Assembly (NCBI RefSeq): GCF_947568905.1
Contig: NC_079171.1
Coordinates: forward strand, 8,680,001 to 8,744,000
Direction: 5' to 3'
Length of the DNA: 64,000 bases
From: Ostrea edulis
Taxonomy: Eukaryota
The translations under genes were made by a program, and so were the position numbers. Position 1 is the first letter of the stretch. Each line of letters starts with the position of its first letter. Positions 39,018 to 52,339 of the stretch are shown here, in pieces. The notes under the pieces were generated by a model that saw only the letters and a list, made by a program, of their open reading frames with translations, was not told the DNA's origin and ran no database searches.

Positions 39018-39348
39018 TACCGAATTGCATTCATATATGTTATACTATTTAATTTTTTCCATTACTGTAAGTACTCGCACCTCAGCAGTTAGAAATGAAA
39101 TAAGAGGTTAAGAGCTCTTCCTGATTCCAATTTTCTCAATCACCAGCTTCTTCAAACAATGTATCTATGTCAAAAGACGGATCCAATGTCGACGACCCCA
39201 CCCCTCGTTTAGTGTGTTTCCCCAAACTGTAACCATTCTTTATTATTACAATTAAAAGAGCTCGGTTATGCAACCTGTTTCGTTTCGTTTCGGTGGATTT
39301 TGTTTCGTTTCGGTAGATTTCCTTTCGTTTCGCACTTTACAGGTACCC
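38311..39348. mobile_element. Mutator-like (MULE) non-autonomous element
   Basis: TIRs of about 100 bp (gggtacctgtaaagtg...gaaac repeats / ...cactttacaggtaccc) and a perfect 10-bp TSD gttgtttggt (38301-38310, 39349-39358). Confidence 0.85.
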
Positions 39349-40999
39349 GTTGTTTGGTTTGGAAAGTGAGCCTTTCCATGTGTTTGTAGGGGGAGGGGGG
39401 TGGATAAACATGAATATAGTGTAAGATAGGTACAACTTTGGTTCCATTTCTGGTTAGAATATCAAAACCTGATTAAACTATGTGAAACTAAACATTCAAC
39501 CTTAGTGGGATTCATAATTGAAATTATACTATAATATTAGTTAATTCATTGCTAATGCGATCACGCGATGGCAAAAGAAGAAAAGAATTTCAATTATTAG
39601 CCTTGCAAAACGAATAAGATATATAGGTCAATATATGTACACATTCATATAAGTTAAGAAATTTTGCAACATGTATTTTGTAAATAATTAATTATATTGT
39701 TCATACAAATTTGATTTCCCCTTAAAACCAAGAGTCAATAACGTTGTTTTGAGTTCTTTTTGAAGTGACGCATGAAAAGTAAATGAATGACGTCGTTGAA
39801 TGACGTCGCGATTATTTAATTGTAACGTTGTTTGTTAAAATGTTCTGCTTTGATGAATTCCTTCTCTTTTTAAAATCAAACTTTGATATTTCTTTCTTTA
39901 TAAAACGAACGCGATATCCCCCCCCCCCCCCCCCCCCGAAAAAAGACAGAAAAAAATCAAATTGTTTTTGTTTCGCTTTGATACTAATATTAACAAAATT
40001 AACAGTACCCAAATTCTGTCTACTTAAAAGATGAATCACACAAAGTCAATCACTTATGTCCTATATAATTCAATGGAAAACAGTGTCACTGCCGTTAAAA
40101 CAATGGTATGTTGAAAACCTAATTACTAAAAAAAAAAAACTGTGCTTTTTAATGAAAAACAATTTTCACAGAATTGCATATACATTGTCAAGATACATCG
40201 GTCCAATTTTCAGGTGGGGTTTTCGAGGGGGTAAAAAAGGTCTAAACCCGCGACCTACGTTAAATCGCCAGGTTTTGATTGATACAAAAACAATCATGTA
40301 AATCAGCATTCAAGGAGAATGGAAATACAAAAACTGGTTATCATCTCACTGTATTGCGTTGGTTGTACGTTGACGATGCGGTGTTAAAATAGGATTTTTC
40401 TGTTCACAAACTTCTCAATATCACAAAGCTGTAAAAAGGCGCCAGGAACATTTTTCTTGTCTCCAAATATTATGGGCAGCACTAAACGCCGCCATAGTGC
40501 CGTATTGCAGTAGTAAAATGTTATAGAGTCAATATCTGCAGTGATATACAATATTAGTTTTCTAAAATTTAACATCTTTGAATCAAGAGCTATCAGAATA
40601 TACGTAGGTGTACAAGTTGATACGACGAAAACTATTTATAAAGCGTCCAGGAACGAGGCTGCGGATTGAACTAATAACATATAACTTTTAACGGAGTCTT
40701 TGTATGTCTTTATTTGGAAATGAAATAATGCATTTTTGGACCAAGGACTATCAGTTTGGGTGATGTAATGAAGAACAAATGAGGGGATGTTGTGCCGAAA
40801 TACAGTCCTATAATAATTCACATGTTTGTTCTGAAATATTCATTCTTGTGTCCATGTTGATTGGCTCATCTTGTGGCTGCACAGTATTCACGACATTGGT
40901 ACATTTTACATGCCTTGATGTATGAATTCATAGAAAACAATCTACGCGCTTTAAGACCAGAGTAGTGAATCTATCGTACGGATATATAAATTTATATGT

Positions 41000-41175
41000 G
41001 TAACGTGCAACGCCTGCCGTGACACGGACCTCCGTTTTAAGGTCATGTCGGAGAGATCCGTGGTCCTTCTTAATGCAGAACGTTTTGGGAAAGAGCAGGC
41101 ATCATCTATGTTTACGTCTTGGGATTGACTTCCCGGTTACGAAGTGAAAGCTCTACCACTGAGCTACTGCGACCA
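41000..41175 (-). mobile_element. tRNA-derived SINE, degenerate
   Basis: Minus strand starts ggtcgcagtagctcagtggtagagc (A box); body aaaacggaggtccgtgtcacggcaggcgttgcacg resembles the SINEs at 45.1 and 51.3 kb. Confidence 0.65.
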
Positions 41176-43721
41176 GTATCAAATCGATTTTCTCATAAGA
41201 TACACAATATTGCTTTAAAAACTATATTACATAGAATGTCTTAGATATATATTGATCAACCAAATTCGTCGGGAAATTCAGAAAACCCGTGCTTCCGTCT
41301 CATACTTCCTTCGCGTTTCACAAGTGGGTCTAGAGTGTTGAAATTGATAAAATTGTGTACGAATTACATGTGAAAGGTGATATAAAGGACTAGGTGTATT
41401 TATCAAAAAGCATACTTTCGGGAAATAGTTACTATCTACCAAACAAATGAAGTAGGCAAAGACATGAAATGACAGAGAAAGACGAGTTTGAATCAGCGAC
41501 TTGAACATTGTAGACCCACCCGTGACACGTGAAGTGCACAGGTACCGGTTTCTGAAATTCGGTGACAAATTTGATTGATCACGATGAATGTACGATAACG
41601 TTTGCAATAGGATTTTTTCAGAATTATTGTATGTCTTATTGCCAATGTGTATTTAGAGGGTTCTACGAAATGAGAATTCAGAATCGGATATGAAGCCATA
41701 TGAAGTCTAGGTGTTGTATAAGTAATCATATCTAATCCCAACAAAGGGAACGTATTACAAATATAAGTATATTACACACACTTGAACACCAAATCAACAT
41801 GAGGGGATGGGGGCTAACAATAATAGGGGAGACAATGCCTAATGTGTGTCCGTTACAGGTGTCCGAATCGATTTTGAGAAGGGATTGAACTAATTTACTG
41901 CATCAACATCAATGTAAATATTGAAGTATATCACGGACCTTTCCACCTGTGTTTAAGAACGAATTATAACACCACTTTTTGTTCATCCTAAAGTTATTGC
42001 CAGTGTTTAAGACATAATGACCTCCTCAAGGGTGTCACAGTAGACATTAGTAAGATGAAGGCGACTCGCCCCTACTGTCATGGATATCTTGTATATTACC
42101 GAAGTCATCTTCACAAGTCAACGGTTATTGATTCGTTACATCGCACCACAGGGGCTTAGCCCGATTTGGGCCCGAATACAATAAATGATATCACAAGAGT
42201 TTGGGCCCAAAACGGGCTTAGCCTCTATGCTTCGCACTAACACTTGACATCAGTCGCTATATAAAAGTTCGGCTCATTTAGATCATTACACAACCTACTA
42301 TAGATAGAACATCCAATGAAATCATTGCATCTTGTTATAGTGTACATGGATACAAATGACGCAATCTCATACTGCTGTATTGATTGTAATATTTACACCA
42401 CTAATTATGTTTATTGATTGTACATCAAGTTTTAAAATATTTGCGCATTAGATAATATTGTTTAAAACGATTCGAATAGCCGTATCAATAGCCATATCAA
42501 TACACAGGTTTTTATTTGAATCTCTCGCTTCGCGTTGTTATAAATAGAACCGCTTTCTCATTGGTTCCCACTCTTGTGTGGAAACAATCAGAACAATCCC
42601 AACTTTTTGATAATCACTGATGTTAAAGGGTTAATGCGAGGTAAAGAATCAATAACCCTTGACTTGTGAAAATGTACCGAAGTTAGCAGCGTCTTTATAT
42701 GCGTGAAAGCCGGTGGGTGCCAGGGTATATAATTAGTATGCATTGATCTTGCGGTCAATACTTAATTTATATGGCGACCGCTACTTAATCTACCAGACGA
42801 GTGTCAGTAATTAAATTCATATTCTTTAGTTATTATTATACTGATAATCATAATATGATCTCTCTCTCTCGATCTCTCTCTCTCTCTCGATCTCTCTCTC
42901 TCCAAAAATAAAAGGGGATCAACTACTGTAACCGAAACCGATTGTGTTGTTAATTCACAACGTTATATGAATGTCCATATCAAATGTCGACAAATATATT
43001 CGCGCACGAAAAAATCTTACTGTGTACTTTATAGACTAACGTATTTTGTACTTGGAAGCAAGTGCTGTCCTCAACCTTTGGCAACGTTTATATTTCGTTA
43101 TTTTACATGCAAATTATGTTATTTTACAGGTAAAATAAGATAAATGATGGAGTTAGCCATCACTCCACTCATTTAATGGTACTAATGAAAGTAAAATATT
43201 TAACCTTGACTGAACTGATGAATTGAAAGACCAAGGGAGCTGACCTCCAATCAATTTAGGAGTATAAAGCTTGGACAAAAGAGATTTTGAGATCCTAATT
43301 ATGCTTTGTTAGCACTTCTAGAAGACAAATTCTCCTTCGGCTGTTCCAACACTTTAACAACTGATTCTACGAGTCTGTGGACTATTTTCAACTCTTACAA
43401 AACTAATAACTCAGTAGTACAAAGGTGTTTTATTAAATAGACAGTCGGCATGTCTAAATTAAGGGACGGCTGCCATATAATTTAAGTGGTCACCGGTTAG
43501 ATAAATGACGGTCGCAAATTAAACCAAGTGCCAACCGCCAGCTCAATTACGTGGCAGTTACCAGTTACATTAAGTTGGCGAAAATTCATAATATCGGATG
43601 TATAGAAATATGGAAACATACATATGGTTTGTTGTTGTGATGAGATTATTTTATTTCATTGATTAATGAATTTAAAGAGTTGATTGATTCAATAAACAAG
43701 ATGTTGATGTGCTTGCCCATA

Positions 43722-43912
43722 CACCTGATCCTACCCTGGTGTGTCCAGGGGTCCGTGTTTGTCTGATCCCACCTCTGGTGTGTCCAGGGGTCCGTGTTTG
43801 TCTGATCCCACCTCTGGTGTGTCCAGGGGTCCGTGTTTGCCCAACTCTATATTTTGTATTCCTTATAAGAGTTATGGGATTGATCAATGTTCGTTATCTA
43901 CACCTTTTCATT
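43722..43912 (+). mobile_element. PLE 3' fragment containing a 39-bp unit in triplicate
   Basis: ctggtgtgtccaggggtccgtgtttgtctgatcccacct x3, then the normal PLE terminus. Confidence 0.85.
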
Positions 43913-45019
43913 TAAAAACTTTAATAATAATAAATTCTTCTTAAATCGCATGACATAAGCCATTTTCCGAGATGCGTTGTTATTAATCGGGTTTGCCATT
44001 AGATAAATGTTTCACGCCTGAGTTTAAAGGATATTTTTATTGACATCCATGTATTGGTGCTGTAAGTAATTTGTCAATCTTTTGCATTATCATTCTTTTG
44101 ATATGGCTGAATTAAATAAAATTGTCTCCATTTTCCAAAATTCTTCTTTCATAAATGATTAGCTCAAGGCCATTAATAATTACATATATCTCTTTGAAAA
44201 ACTCTGGAAGTTTACCACTACATGTAGAATATAATTATATTCATTATAAGCGTCACAATACTTTCCTCGCTATGAAAATATACTGATATTTGTATGTGAA
44301 TTAATTTTCTTGATGCTTCTGAAAATACGATTAAGTCTCCTGATTTAAGAAAAAAGAAGATGGGTTGAAAAAAATATAAATACCAGTTTTCTAAGGCACC
44401 TGAAATATTATTGTATGTTCAATTATAACTTTACTATGATTTTACTGGCTCAAAGGCGGGATAATATTTCATATTTATCGATCTCCCTGATTTCGGTCTT
44501 GGACTGACGGACTAGCGCGGCTATTTGGAACTTATTTTACAATCTTTATATGTTGATCTCTAATTCCTTGTTTATCCTATTCTTTGATTTCTCATTTTTA
44601 ACCATTCAGTTGAGCTAATTTGGGTCACATGGCAATCATTGATTTTACACAAGAGAGAAGTTATGTTTGATCTGCCAACTGGATTTTATAGACCCACTGT
44701 CCACCCTTCTGTCATCTGCAGCCATTTTTGTGTAGGCTGTGTATCGGCCTTTAGTTTTTGTTGTCTACTTTTTATTTAGAGCAAGCAGCAATATCATGGC
44801 ATTTACATTTGTATTTTGTTTTTCTTGTGTGAATGCTAACTAAGATTATTAACATGAAATTGCAATGAATATATATGATAGAACAAGTACACTGAATTAT
44901 TTTAGTTTTTTGAATTACTGATTGATTCTAAATTTTTAAAAGATAAGTATATTGTCTTATTGGTTAATTTTAGTCTATCTATAGTAAACATGCAAAATGT
45001 TTTTGCTGCTTTCCTAAAT

Positions 45020-45076
45020 GACAATATTCACGTGCTATGTGGCGCTGGCAGACTCGTTAGGATTATTGAGGATATT
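45020..45076 (+). pseudogene. Relic of a further TRIM propeller C-terminal segment
   Basis: Translates DNIHVLCGAGRLVRIIEDI versus DNIHVLSGAGTLLRIIEDI in copy 2. Confidence 0.8.
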
Positions 45077-45104
45077 CGTTGTTTTCTTTTCCTGTGGAGC
45101 TCCG

Positions 45105-45340
45105 GGTTACAGTAGGTTCTCAGTAAATGTTTGTCGTAAATGGTGACACAAAAATCGAGGCTCCATGTCAGAGCAAAAGTGGCACGATATAGATCCCTCC
45201 CTGCTTAATGGTCATAAGCACCGAGGATAGCGGCCTATATTTTGAAGCCTTACCGCGGCAATAGTGACGTCTCCATATGAGTGAAATATTCTCGAGAGGA
45301 ACGTTAAACAATACGTAACAATATACAATCAATCGATCAG
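45105..45340 (+). mobile_element. SINE 3' part with (caat)n tail
   Basis: gtgacgtctccatatgagtgaaatattctcgagag...aacaat...caatcaatc; homologous to 51262-51520. Confidence 0.75.
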
Positions 45341-45487
45341 TCATTGTTTTTCTTCAAATGTACTCACTAGTATCATATAAAATATGAAATAGCTTCTGTC
45401 TAAAACCGTGTTTCAAGGGACCGTGGAAGGCGGAAAGTTAGCCTGCTTAAAATTCCTCACAAACAATTAAAAATGGCCGAGTTTCAA

Positions 45488-48400
45488 GTTCAAGTTCATT
45501 TTATTCACTCAAACCACATTATACATGGTACATGAGGTGCATTAAGTAAACATACATTTGAGTAAGAATAAGGTCAGAATATGTACAAATATACATGTAT
45601 TGAAAAAGTATTTAGAAAATATATTAAGGAGGACAGACTAACTCATAGATTTTCGAGATAAGCATACAGAGTTTTTTAAGTGTTTTAACCTTACTGGTTG
45701 ACATAATTTCATGAAATTTAATAACATTAGGTCTTGTGTAATATCAACTGTGTAGGTATTCTTTTCTAATATTTGACAAAGCATTGCATTCTAATATATA
45801 ATGGAATTCGTTTGGAATTTTCGATTCCTTACACAAAACACAAAATCTTTCATTATATGGAATATCAATCCATCTACCAGTCTCTATAGGGAGGCGGTGA
45901 TTTGTGGTGCGAAATTAAAGAAAAATAGTTCTAAATTTTTTTGACAATATTTCTAAATATTTTTCTGGTCCAAAGTCTATTTTAAAAGTTCTGTATATTT
46001 TACCTTTAGATGAATTGAACATATCGCTCGACCATGTTTGAATGAATTGATCCTTAAGTCTTTGTTTGACAGTATTTGTTATCCATTTTACATTTATGTT
46101 CTTTTGTTGATTCCATATATTTGAAAGACCGCACATGTTTAAAATTCGATGAATACATTCAAACCAGGGGTTCTTAACAGTACCGTTAAGATATTGTGTA
46201 TGCAAAAATTTATAAAGTACATTAACAATTTTAAAGTCACAACCTTGCAATAATGTAGCCCAGTATGAAATCATTCTGCTATACATATTAATATAGATTG
46301 GGAAACGACCTGTTTCACCATATACCATAAATGAGGGCGTAGAGCTTTTCAGCTGAAAAATGTGTTTCAGAAATTTTAAGTGAATGCGCTCTACAACTTG
46401 TAAATTTTCATTCCCCCATATTTCACATCCATAAATTAAAACTGGTAAAACTACTTTTTCAAACAGGTCAAATTGACAACTAATTGGTAAATCAAACAAT
46501 CTAATTTTCCTTATAATTCCATACATAGCTTTCTGGGCTTGTTCACATAAATGTTTCTTAGCTCTACAAAAAGACCCTGATCTAGAAAATATAATACCGA
46601 GATATTTGAATTCTTTTACATTCTCTATCACACCCCCATTATAGTAAAATTGCCTTTTCATCAATGGACCCTTTGAGAATATCAAATTTTTGTTTTATCG
46701 ACATTAACATTCAATTTCCACTGGGTACAGTATATAAAAAATTCATTCAACGCACATTGTAAATCATCAGCAGATTCAGCCATTATAATTGTATCATCTG
46801 CATATAGCAGAATTAAAAGTTTCAAGTACAACATAAGTTCTTCTTCAATTGAATTAGTAACACTATGTAGGCCAATAATGCCTTTTTCTTGTAAAAAATA
46901 TTCAAGATCGTTAATATACAAAGCAAACAGAAATGGGGATACATGTTCGCCCTGTCTTACCCCAACATTACATGTGAAAAAGTCAGTTGACATGCCATTT
47001 ATCTTAATCATTGATTTAATTCCCATATACATATTTCTGATATAAGTAAAACATTTTCCCTTGATACCGTTTGTAGTTAACTTGTTCCACAGACCATTTC
47101 TCCACACAGTGTCAAATGCTTGTTTAAAATCAATAAATGCGCAAAATAATTTCTTTTTTTACTCATTAGAGTGTGTGACAAAAACTGTAAAGAAAGAATA
47201 TGATCTAATGTTGAATGGTTTTTCCTAAACCCAGCTTGATTTTCATTAATCAAATTAACTTCCTCGGCGTATGCCTCCAGTCAACTATTTAAAATGCATG
47301 TGAAAAGTTTACCGAGACAACTTAACAAAGTAATAGGGCGGTAATTTTCCGGTGATGTTGGATCACCCTTATTTTTGTATATAGGTTTAACAACTCCAAG
47401 TAACCACTCATCTTGAACAAAGCCACTGTCAAAAATCATATTAAAAAGTTTCTTATACACAGGTAAAAATATTGACAAAGTTGATGAGATATGTTCATTT
47501 AATACATTATCATAGTCAGGTGCTTTATCGTGTTTAAGTTTTCTAGCAGCCTTTTCTATTTCGTCGTCAGTAATAACAGTGTTAAGGAACTCATCAGAGG
47601 TATCTCCATCGTTTGGAACAAAATCAAAATTATCAAAATTCCCTGTTAAATCGTCATTAGAATCACCTAAATTAAGATTCCTCATAAACTGGAACATTTC
47701 GTTAATATCGACGGCGCATTTCTTATTTTTATTTGATGAATTTAAGATCTTTCAATATTCTTTAGAGTTTGTAGAGCGCAGTTCAGACAGTGTACGTGCT
47801 ATTTCAAACTTATACTTTTTCATACAACTATCCATTATACGTTTGTAGTTTTTACTCATTGTTTTAAGATTGTCTTTGTTTTCTGCTGTCGTGTGCCTAT
47901 TATGAAGTCGTTTCGCTAAATGAAATTTTCTTCTTGCAGCTCTACATTCTCTATTGAACCAGGGTTTATTTTTCATTTTTTGTACATTTTTTGTAACTCC
48001 AAATACTTCACTGGCTGTGTTCAAATACACATTACATATATCATTTGCTACCTTGGTAATGTCTGCTTTACAAATACTAGACCTAGTGGATAATTCATTC
48101 AAGTAACTTTCAATATTATTTACGGCCTGAACGTCAATACCATTACGAAAAACGTCAGCTTTGTCCGCGCACCACAATTTCACACGTGGCTGATTTTCAC
48201 CTGTACTTTGATGTTCATTTTTTTTTTTTAAAGTGGTAAAATTCTGAACTGTAGAGATACAAAAAGAAATAGGATTATGAACATCTGAAAATAAAGCACA
48301 GAAATCTAAAATATCAAACTTCATTAAAATATTAAACAGTTCTCTGCTTGATAACACATAATACACAGTGCTTCTGTTTTTACAGGAAAAATCTCCAACA

Positions 48401-48912
48401 CCTTTATCATTACCCAAAAGACTGTTTACAATATATAGATTATTATTCACACAAAAATCTATCAATTTATAACCAAAATTATTAGTTGAGGTATCCTGCG
48501 CTGTTCTGACTGCGGAGATATTGATATTGTCAAAAAATGATAAAATATCAATATTTTCAATTTCAACAGAATTACATTGTTTGACATTTGTTAAAAAATC
48601 ATCCACTTCAACAAAATCATTTAATTTTCCAATTCTCGAGTTGAAATCTCCCATCAAACATACATATTTACACTCTCTACTTATATTGATTGATTCGTGT
48701 TCAATCTCAACATAACAATCAGGAGATGAGTATTTACTTCCTTCAGGAGGGATGTATACAGCACCGAAATAAATATCTTCATCAATATTAAACAGTGATT
48801 TGTTCATTTTAAACCAGGATACATATTTACAATTTGTGTTAATTACTGTGACACACTTCACAAGTGAATCTCTAAACAGCAAAGCAATGCCACCAGATCT
48901 AACTTTTGATAG
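45488..48912 (-). mobile_element. 5'-truncated, inactivated LINE (APE endonuclease, RT, C-terminal CCHC); clade not resolved
   Basis: APE motifs (GGIALL, YIPP, GDFNSR, SD.H), RT motifs (KAP, YRPITLL, QAGFR, DFKQAFD, GVRQG, LYADD), C-terminal CxxC...HYILEC; several stops and two 1-nt frameshifts; AATAAA plus (GAACTT)n tail at the 3' end. Confidence 0.9.
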
Positions 48913-50087
48913 TGCAAGGTGAAGATAACGAACAGTGATCAATCTCATAATTCCTACAAGCAATACAAAATAGATAGTTGGGCAAACACGGACCCTGGAC
49001 ACACCAGAGGTGGGATCAGGTGCCTAGGAGGAGTAAGCATCCTCTGTTAACCGGTCACACCCGCAGTGAGCCCCATATCCTGATCAGGTAAACGGAGTTA
49101 TCCTCAGTCAAAATCAGTGTGCCAAGAACGGCTTAACAATCGGTATGAAACACGTCAGACAGCATTTGACCCAATGCGATGTTGTATTGACGAACTAGAT
49201 CGTTATAACGATCATAGAATTTGCGAAATGCTGACTTCAATCGAGACTGTTGAAATTCCTGTACCATCAACTTGTTTGTCAGTAGCTTACCTCGATTTAA
49301 AAACTGACTATACCCAGAACAAGTTCTTGCATATCGAATCAGTTGAGATATATAAACACCATATGCAGGTGATCATGGAATATTGCTACATAAATGTGGG
49401 AAGTTTACAATGGAGAAGCTGAAATCATCCCGTTTGTCATACAGTTGAGTTGTTAGTTTGCCGTTAATGTCTACATTCAATAAAATATCCAAGTATGAAG
49501 CAGAAGTGGACGACTTTGTGGTATCCTTTATTTCGAGCTCACAGGGATATATCAAATCGACATATGAATGAAAGTTATCATTGTTAATAGACAAAACGTC
49601 ATCGATATATCTAAAAGTCGAATTGAAGGTCACAGCGAGAGATTTTTTCTTTTCACGTAGAAGTTTTTGAATAAATTATGCTTCATATGAATATAAAAAC
49701 AGGTCAGCTAACAAAGGAGCACAATTCGTGCCCATGGGAATTCCAACAGACTGTTGGAAGACCTGATCACCAAAGACCACGAAGATATTGTCAATGAGGA
49801 ACTCTAGCATATTTTTTATTTCAACTTCAGAGTACTTGTGCGTGGAATCAGAGTGGTGTTTAACAAAGTAAGTTTTTGAATGACTGATCACTAGATATGA
49901 ATATTTCCGTTTTCCGTTTTTGTTGAAGAAGCAACTGTCTATGATGTCAAAAAGTCTAGTCTTTAATTTATCGTGAGGAATGGTCGTGTATAGTGTTGAA
50001 AAGTCATAGGTTTTAATGCTATTGATTTGGGGAAAATTCTGTGATTTCAAGTTTACTAAAAGTTCTTTAGAATTTTTTAGAATCCAC
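48913..50087 (-). mobile_element. Penelope-like element: RT core, thumb and 3' UTR (possibly Naiad/Chlamys type, RT at the C-terminus)
   Basis: One frame 50087-49133 with two nonsense codons: TYDFSTLYTTIPH, GIPMGTNCAPLLADLFL, FRYIDD, YDKRDDF, AYGVYISQLIRYAR; ORF ends VFHTDC* with no GIY-YIG after the thumb. Confidence 0.82.
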
Positions 50088-51261
50088 TAGTTTCAAAATC
50101 CTAAATTGTGGGCGGATGGGATGGGGAAATAAAGGGGGATTTGGAGACTTCATGAACTAAAACAGGAACATTTTACCTAAATATCATAATGAATATTTCA
50201 GTGTACATTGTAAATGAAATTATACATTTTCTAAAAGAAAATGACATAGTTTAATGATCTTTGCATTTTGCTGATAAACAAAAATAATGGAGCGATAAGC
50301 ATTATTGAGTAAACTCGGCAAGCCGACAATAATTACGGACACTTGCAGGTTGATAGATAATGCACATATTTTAGAAATAACTTGTGTACTTGGTCAGTGG
50401 GTAAGGATGCACTAACTGACCACTGGGGTAGGATCAGAAATAAATAGCTTCTCACACAGAGACAGGGAGATAATAATGCTGAATCCCCTTATTAGGATAG
50501 GAGTTATTTAAGAATAATAATAGGTGGTATAAAAACGCGCACAAGGCGAAAAGTCGTCAGAATTCCTTCGCTAAATTCTGACGAAGTATTGCTGTTTTTA
50601 GGTAAGAAGTTATGTGATTTTGTAGTTTATAAGATGAACTTGTTGAATATGCTAAGATAATGGATTGTTTTATTGATTATTTATTTGTTGATGTTTAAAC
50701 TTCACTTTATATTTGTAAATATAAAATTGTATTTATTAAATGTGTGTGTTAAAAATAAAGAATTCCTTTGCTAAATTTTGACGAAGTCTTCCTGTTTTTA
50801 GGTGCCGAGGACGCTATACACCAAAGTTAACGGGTTGGACTTTTCGCATTGGAATTGAGATTGGTTCCGTAGTTATCACTAAAGGAATTGGTTAGTAATT
50901 CATAAGGGGAGAATGAACTCGTAGTGATTTCATTGAGCTAAGACCCTGTAACTATAAGGGATACCCCGAATACCGGAAAATCATAAATATCATAACAAGA
51001 GAAATAAATGTTATGATATAAACTTCGAATCCTCAAATCAGTGGAGAAAGGAGGGGGGGGGGGGTACTGACCCTTCGCTGCATGGGTTAAATTCATAACT
51101 TTCCAGCACATATTTTCATTCTCTAGCCTCGAAATTCCATATTTTGATAGCAGTAGTGAATTGTGATAATCCCAATACATCTTTATTTCCTATGTAGGGG
51201 AAGAAGATTTGAAATTTCAATTTATACTTTAAAAATAAACAATTTTGGTTGTGCTCTTTCT

Positions 51262-51520
51262 AACTGTAGAATAGGTCCTCAGTAACCCTTGCTTGTCGTG
51301 AGAGGCGACTAAATGGTGCGGTCCTTCGGATGAGACCGCAAAAACCGAGGTCACGCGTCACAACAGGCGTGGCACGATAAATAGCCCTTCCTGCTCAAAG
51401 GCCGTAAGCGCCGAGCATAGGCCTAAATGTTGCAGCCCTTCATCAGCAGTGGTGACGTCTCCATATGAGTTAAAGATTCTCGAGAGGGACTTTAAACAAT
51501 ATTTAATCAATCAATCAATC
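51262..51520 (+). mobile_element. SINE (probably MetaSINE-related), 5'-truncated
   Basis: cttgcttgtcgtgagaggcgactaaa central domain, shared 3' part, (aatc)n tail; family assignment is from memory. Confidence 0.7.
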
Positions 51521-52308
51521 TAATTGGTCTTGCTATTTAAATCAATATGAATATTTGCTCCTGGGTTAATGTTAGAAATGTAAGAATTTGTTTTCGTGCA
51601 ATAAGGGAGCTCCACCTTAATGCAATTTTGTACACCCACATTCTGTCTTTAAAATGAAGGAATTTGTCATTTCGTTCTCCGGTTGGAGATGAGTTCTTAT
51701 TCAGCCAAACACTTATCTAATCTATGTGTGCCTGTTATTTACATATATGTTTCTCCTTAACCACAGGGCCACAGTCAGATAATTTTATAAACTTAAAGCA
51801 TTTAGGCACGGATCTAGTAAAAATCAATTTCAGGAAGCGAACTCCTCCATCTAAACAAAAATTATAATTGAAATTGAATGGTCTGCGAATAAATCTAGTG
51901 TTTCTAATTTTGGAATATCAATACATTAATTAACTGTCACCCATGTATCGTCGTGTTAAATTATTCTTTATATAAATACAAACCAAACCTTAACCAGCAC
52001 CCCGCCCCAAAAAAGGATTAGGTATATTTATGTCCCACATAGCTTTCCATGTCTCTGAATACTCTGCCTACGTCACAGTTTTGTCCCGTTTCTGAAGACA
52101 TTTTCAGTGTGTGTTTTCTGCACGTCGGTGTTGCGGACATTGTATTCTCTATATCTACACGGACAGTGAAATTTATGATTTATGTGCTTTTTGGCATGAC
52201 AACGTCGACCATCGACTCTTCATTTACAGATGCAAACATAATGTGTTCCATTTGTTTCGAAAAAGAAGTTGAACGTCCAGGTTACGACAAATTCGCCAAA
52301 TTTGAAAT

Positions 52309-52320
52309 GAAAGCGAAAGT
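52309..52320 (+). promoter_or_regulatory. ISRE/IRF-E upstream of TRIM copy 4
   Basis: GAAAGCGAAAGT, 20 nt before the ATG. Confidence 0.65.
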
Positions 52321-52339
52321 TGGTTTGTAATTTATAAAG

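Noticed and set aside
47752-49002. 416-aa ORF as a single gene
   Set aside because: First ~30 aa derive from the PLE 3' UTR; the rest is LINE APE endonuclease.
49373-49375. In-frame TGA in the PLE RT as selenocysteine
   Set aside because: It falls in SNIP*SPAYG, a position I recall as non-Cys; the same frame has a TAA at 49676 and the copy is truncated; no SECIS identified.
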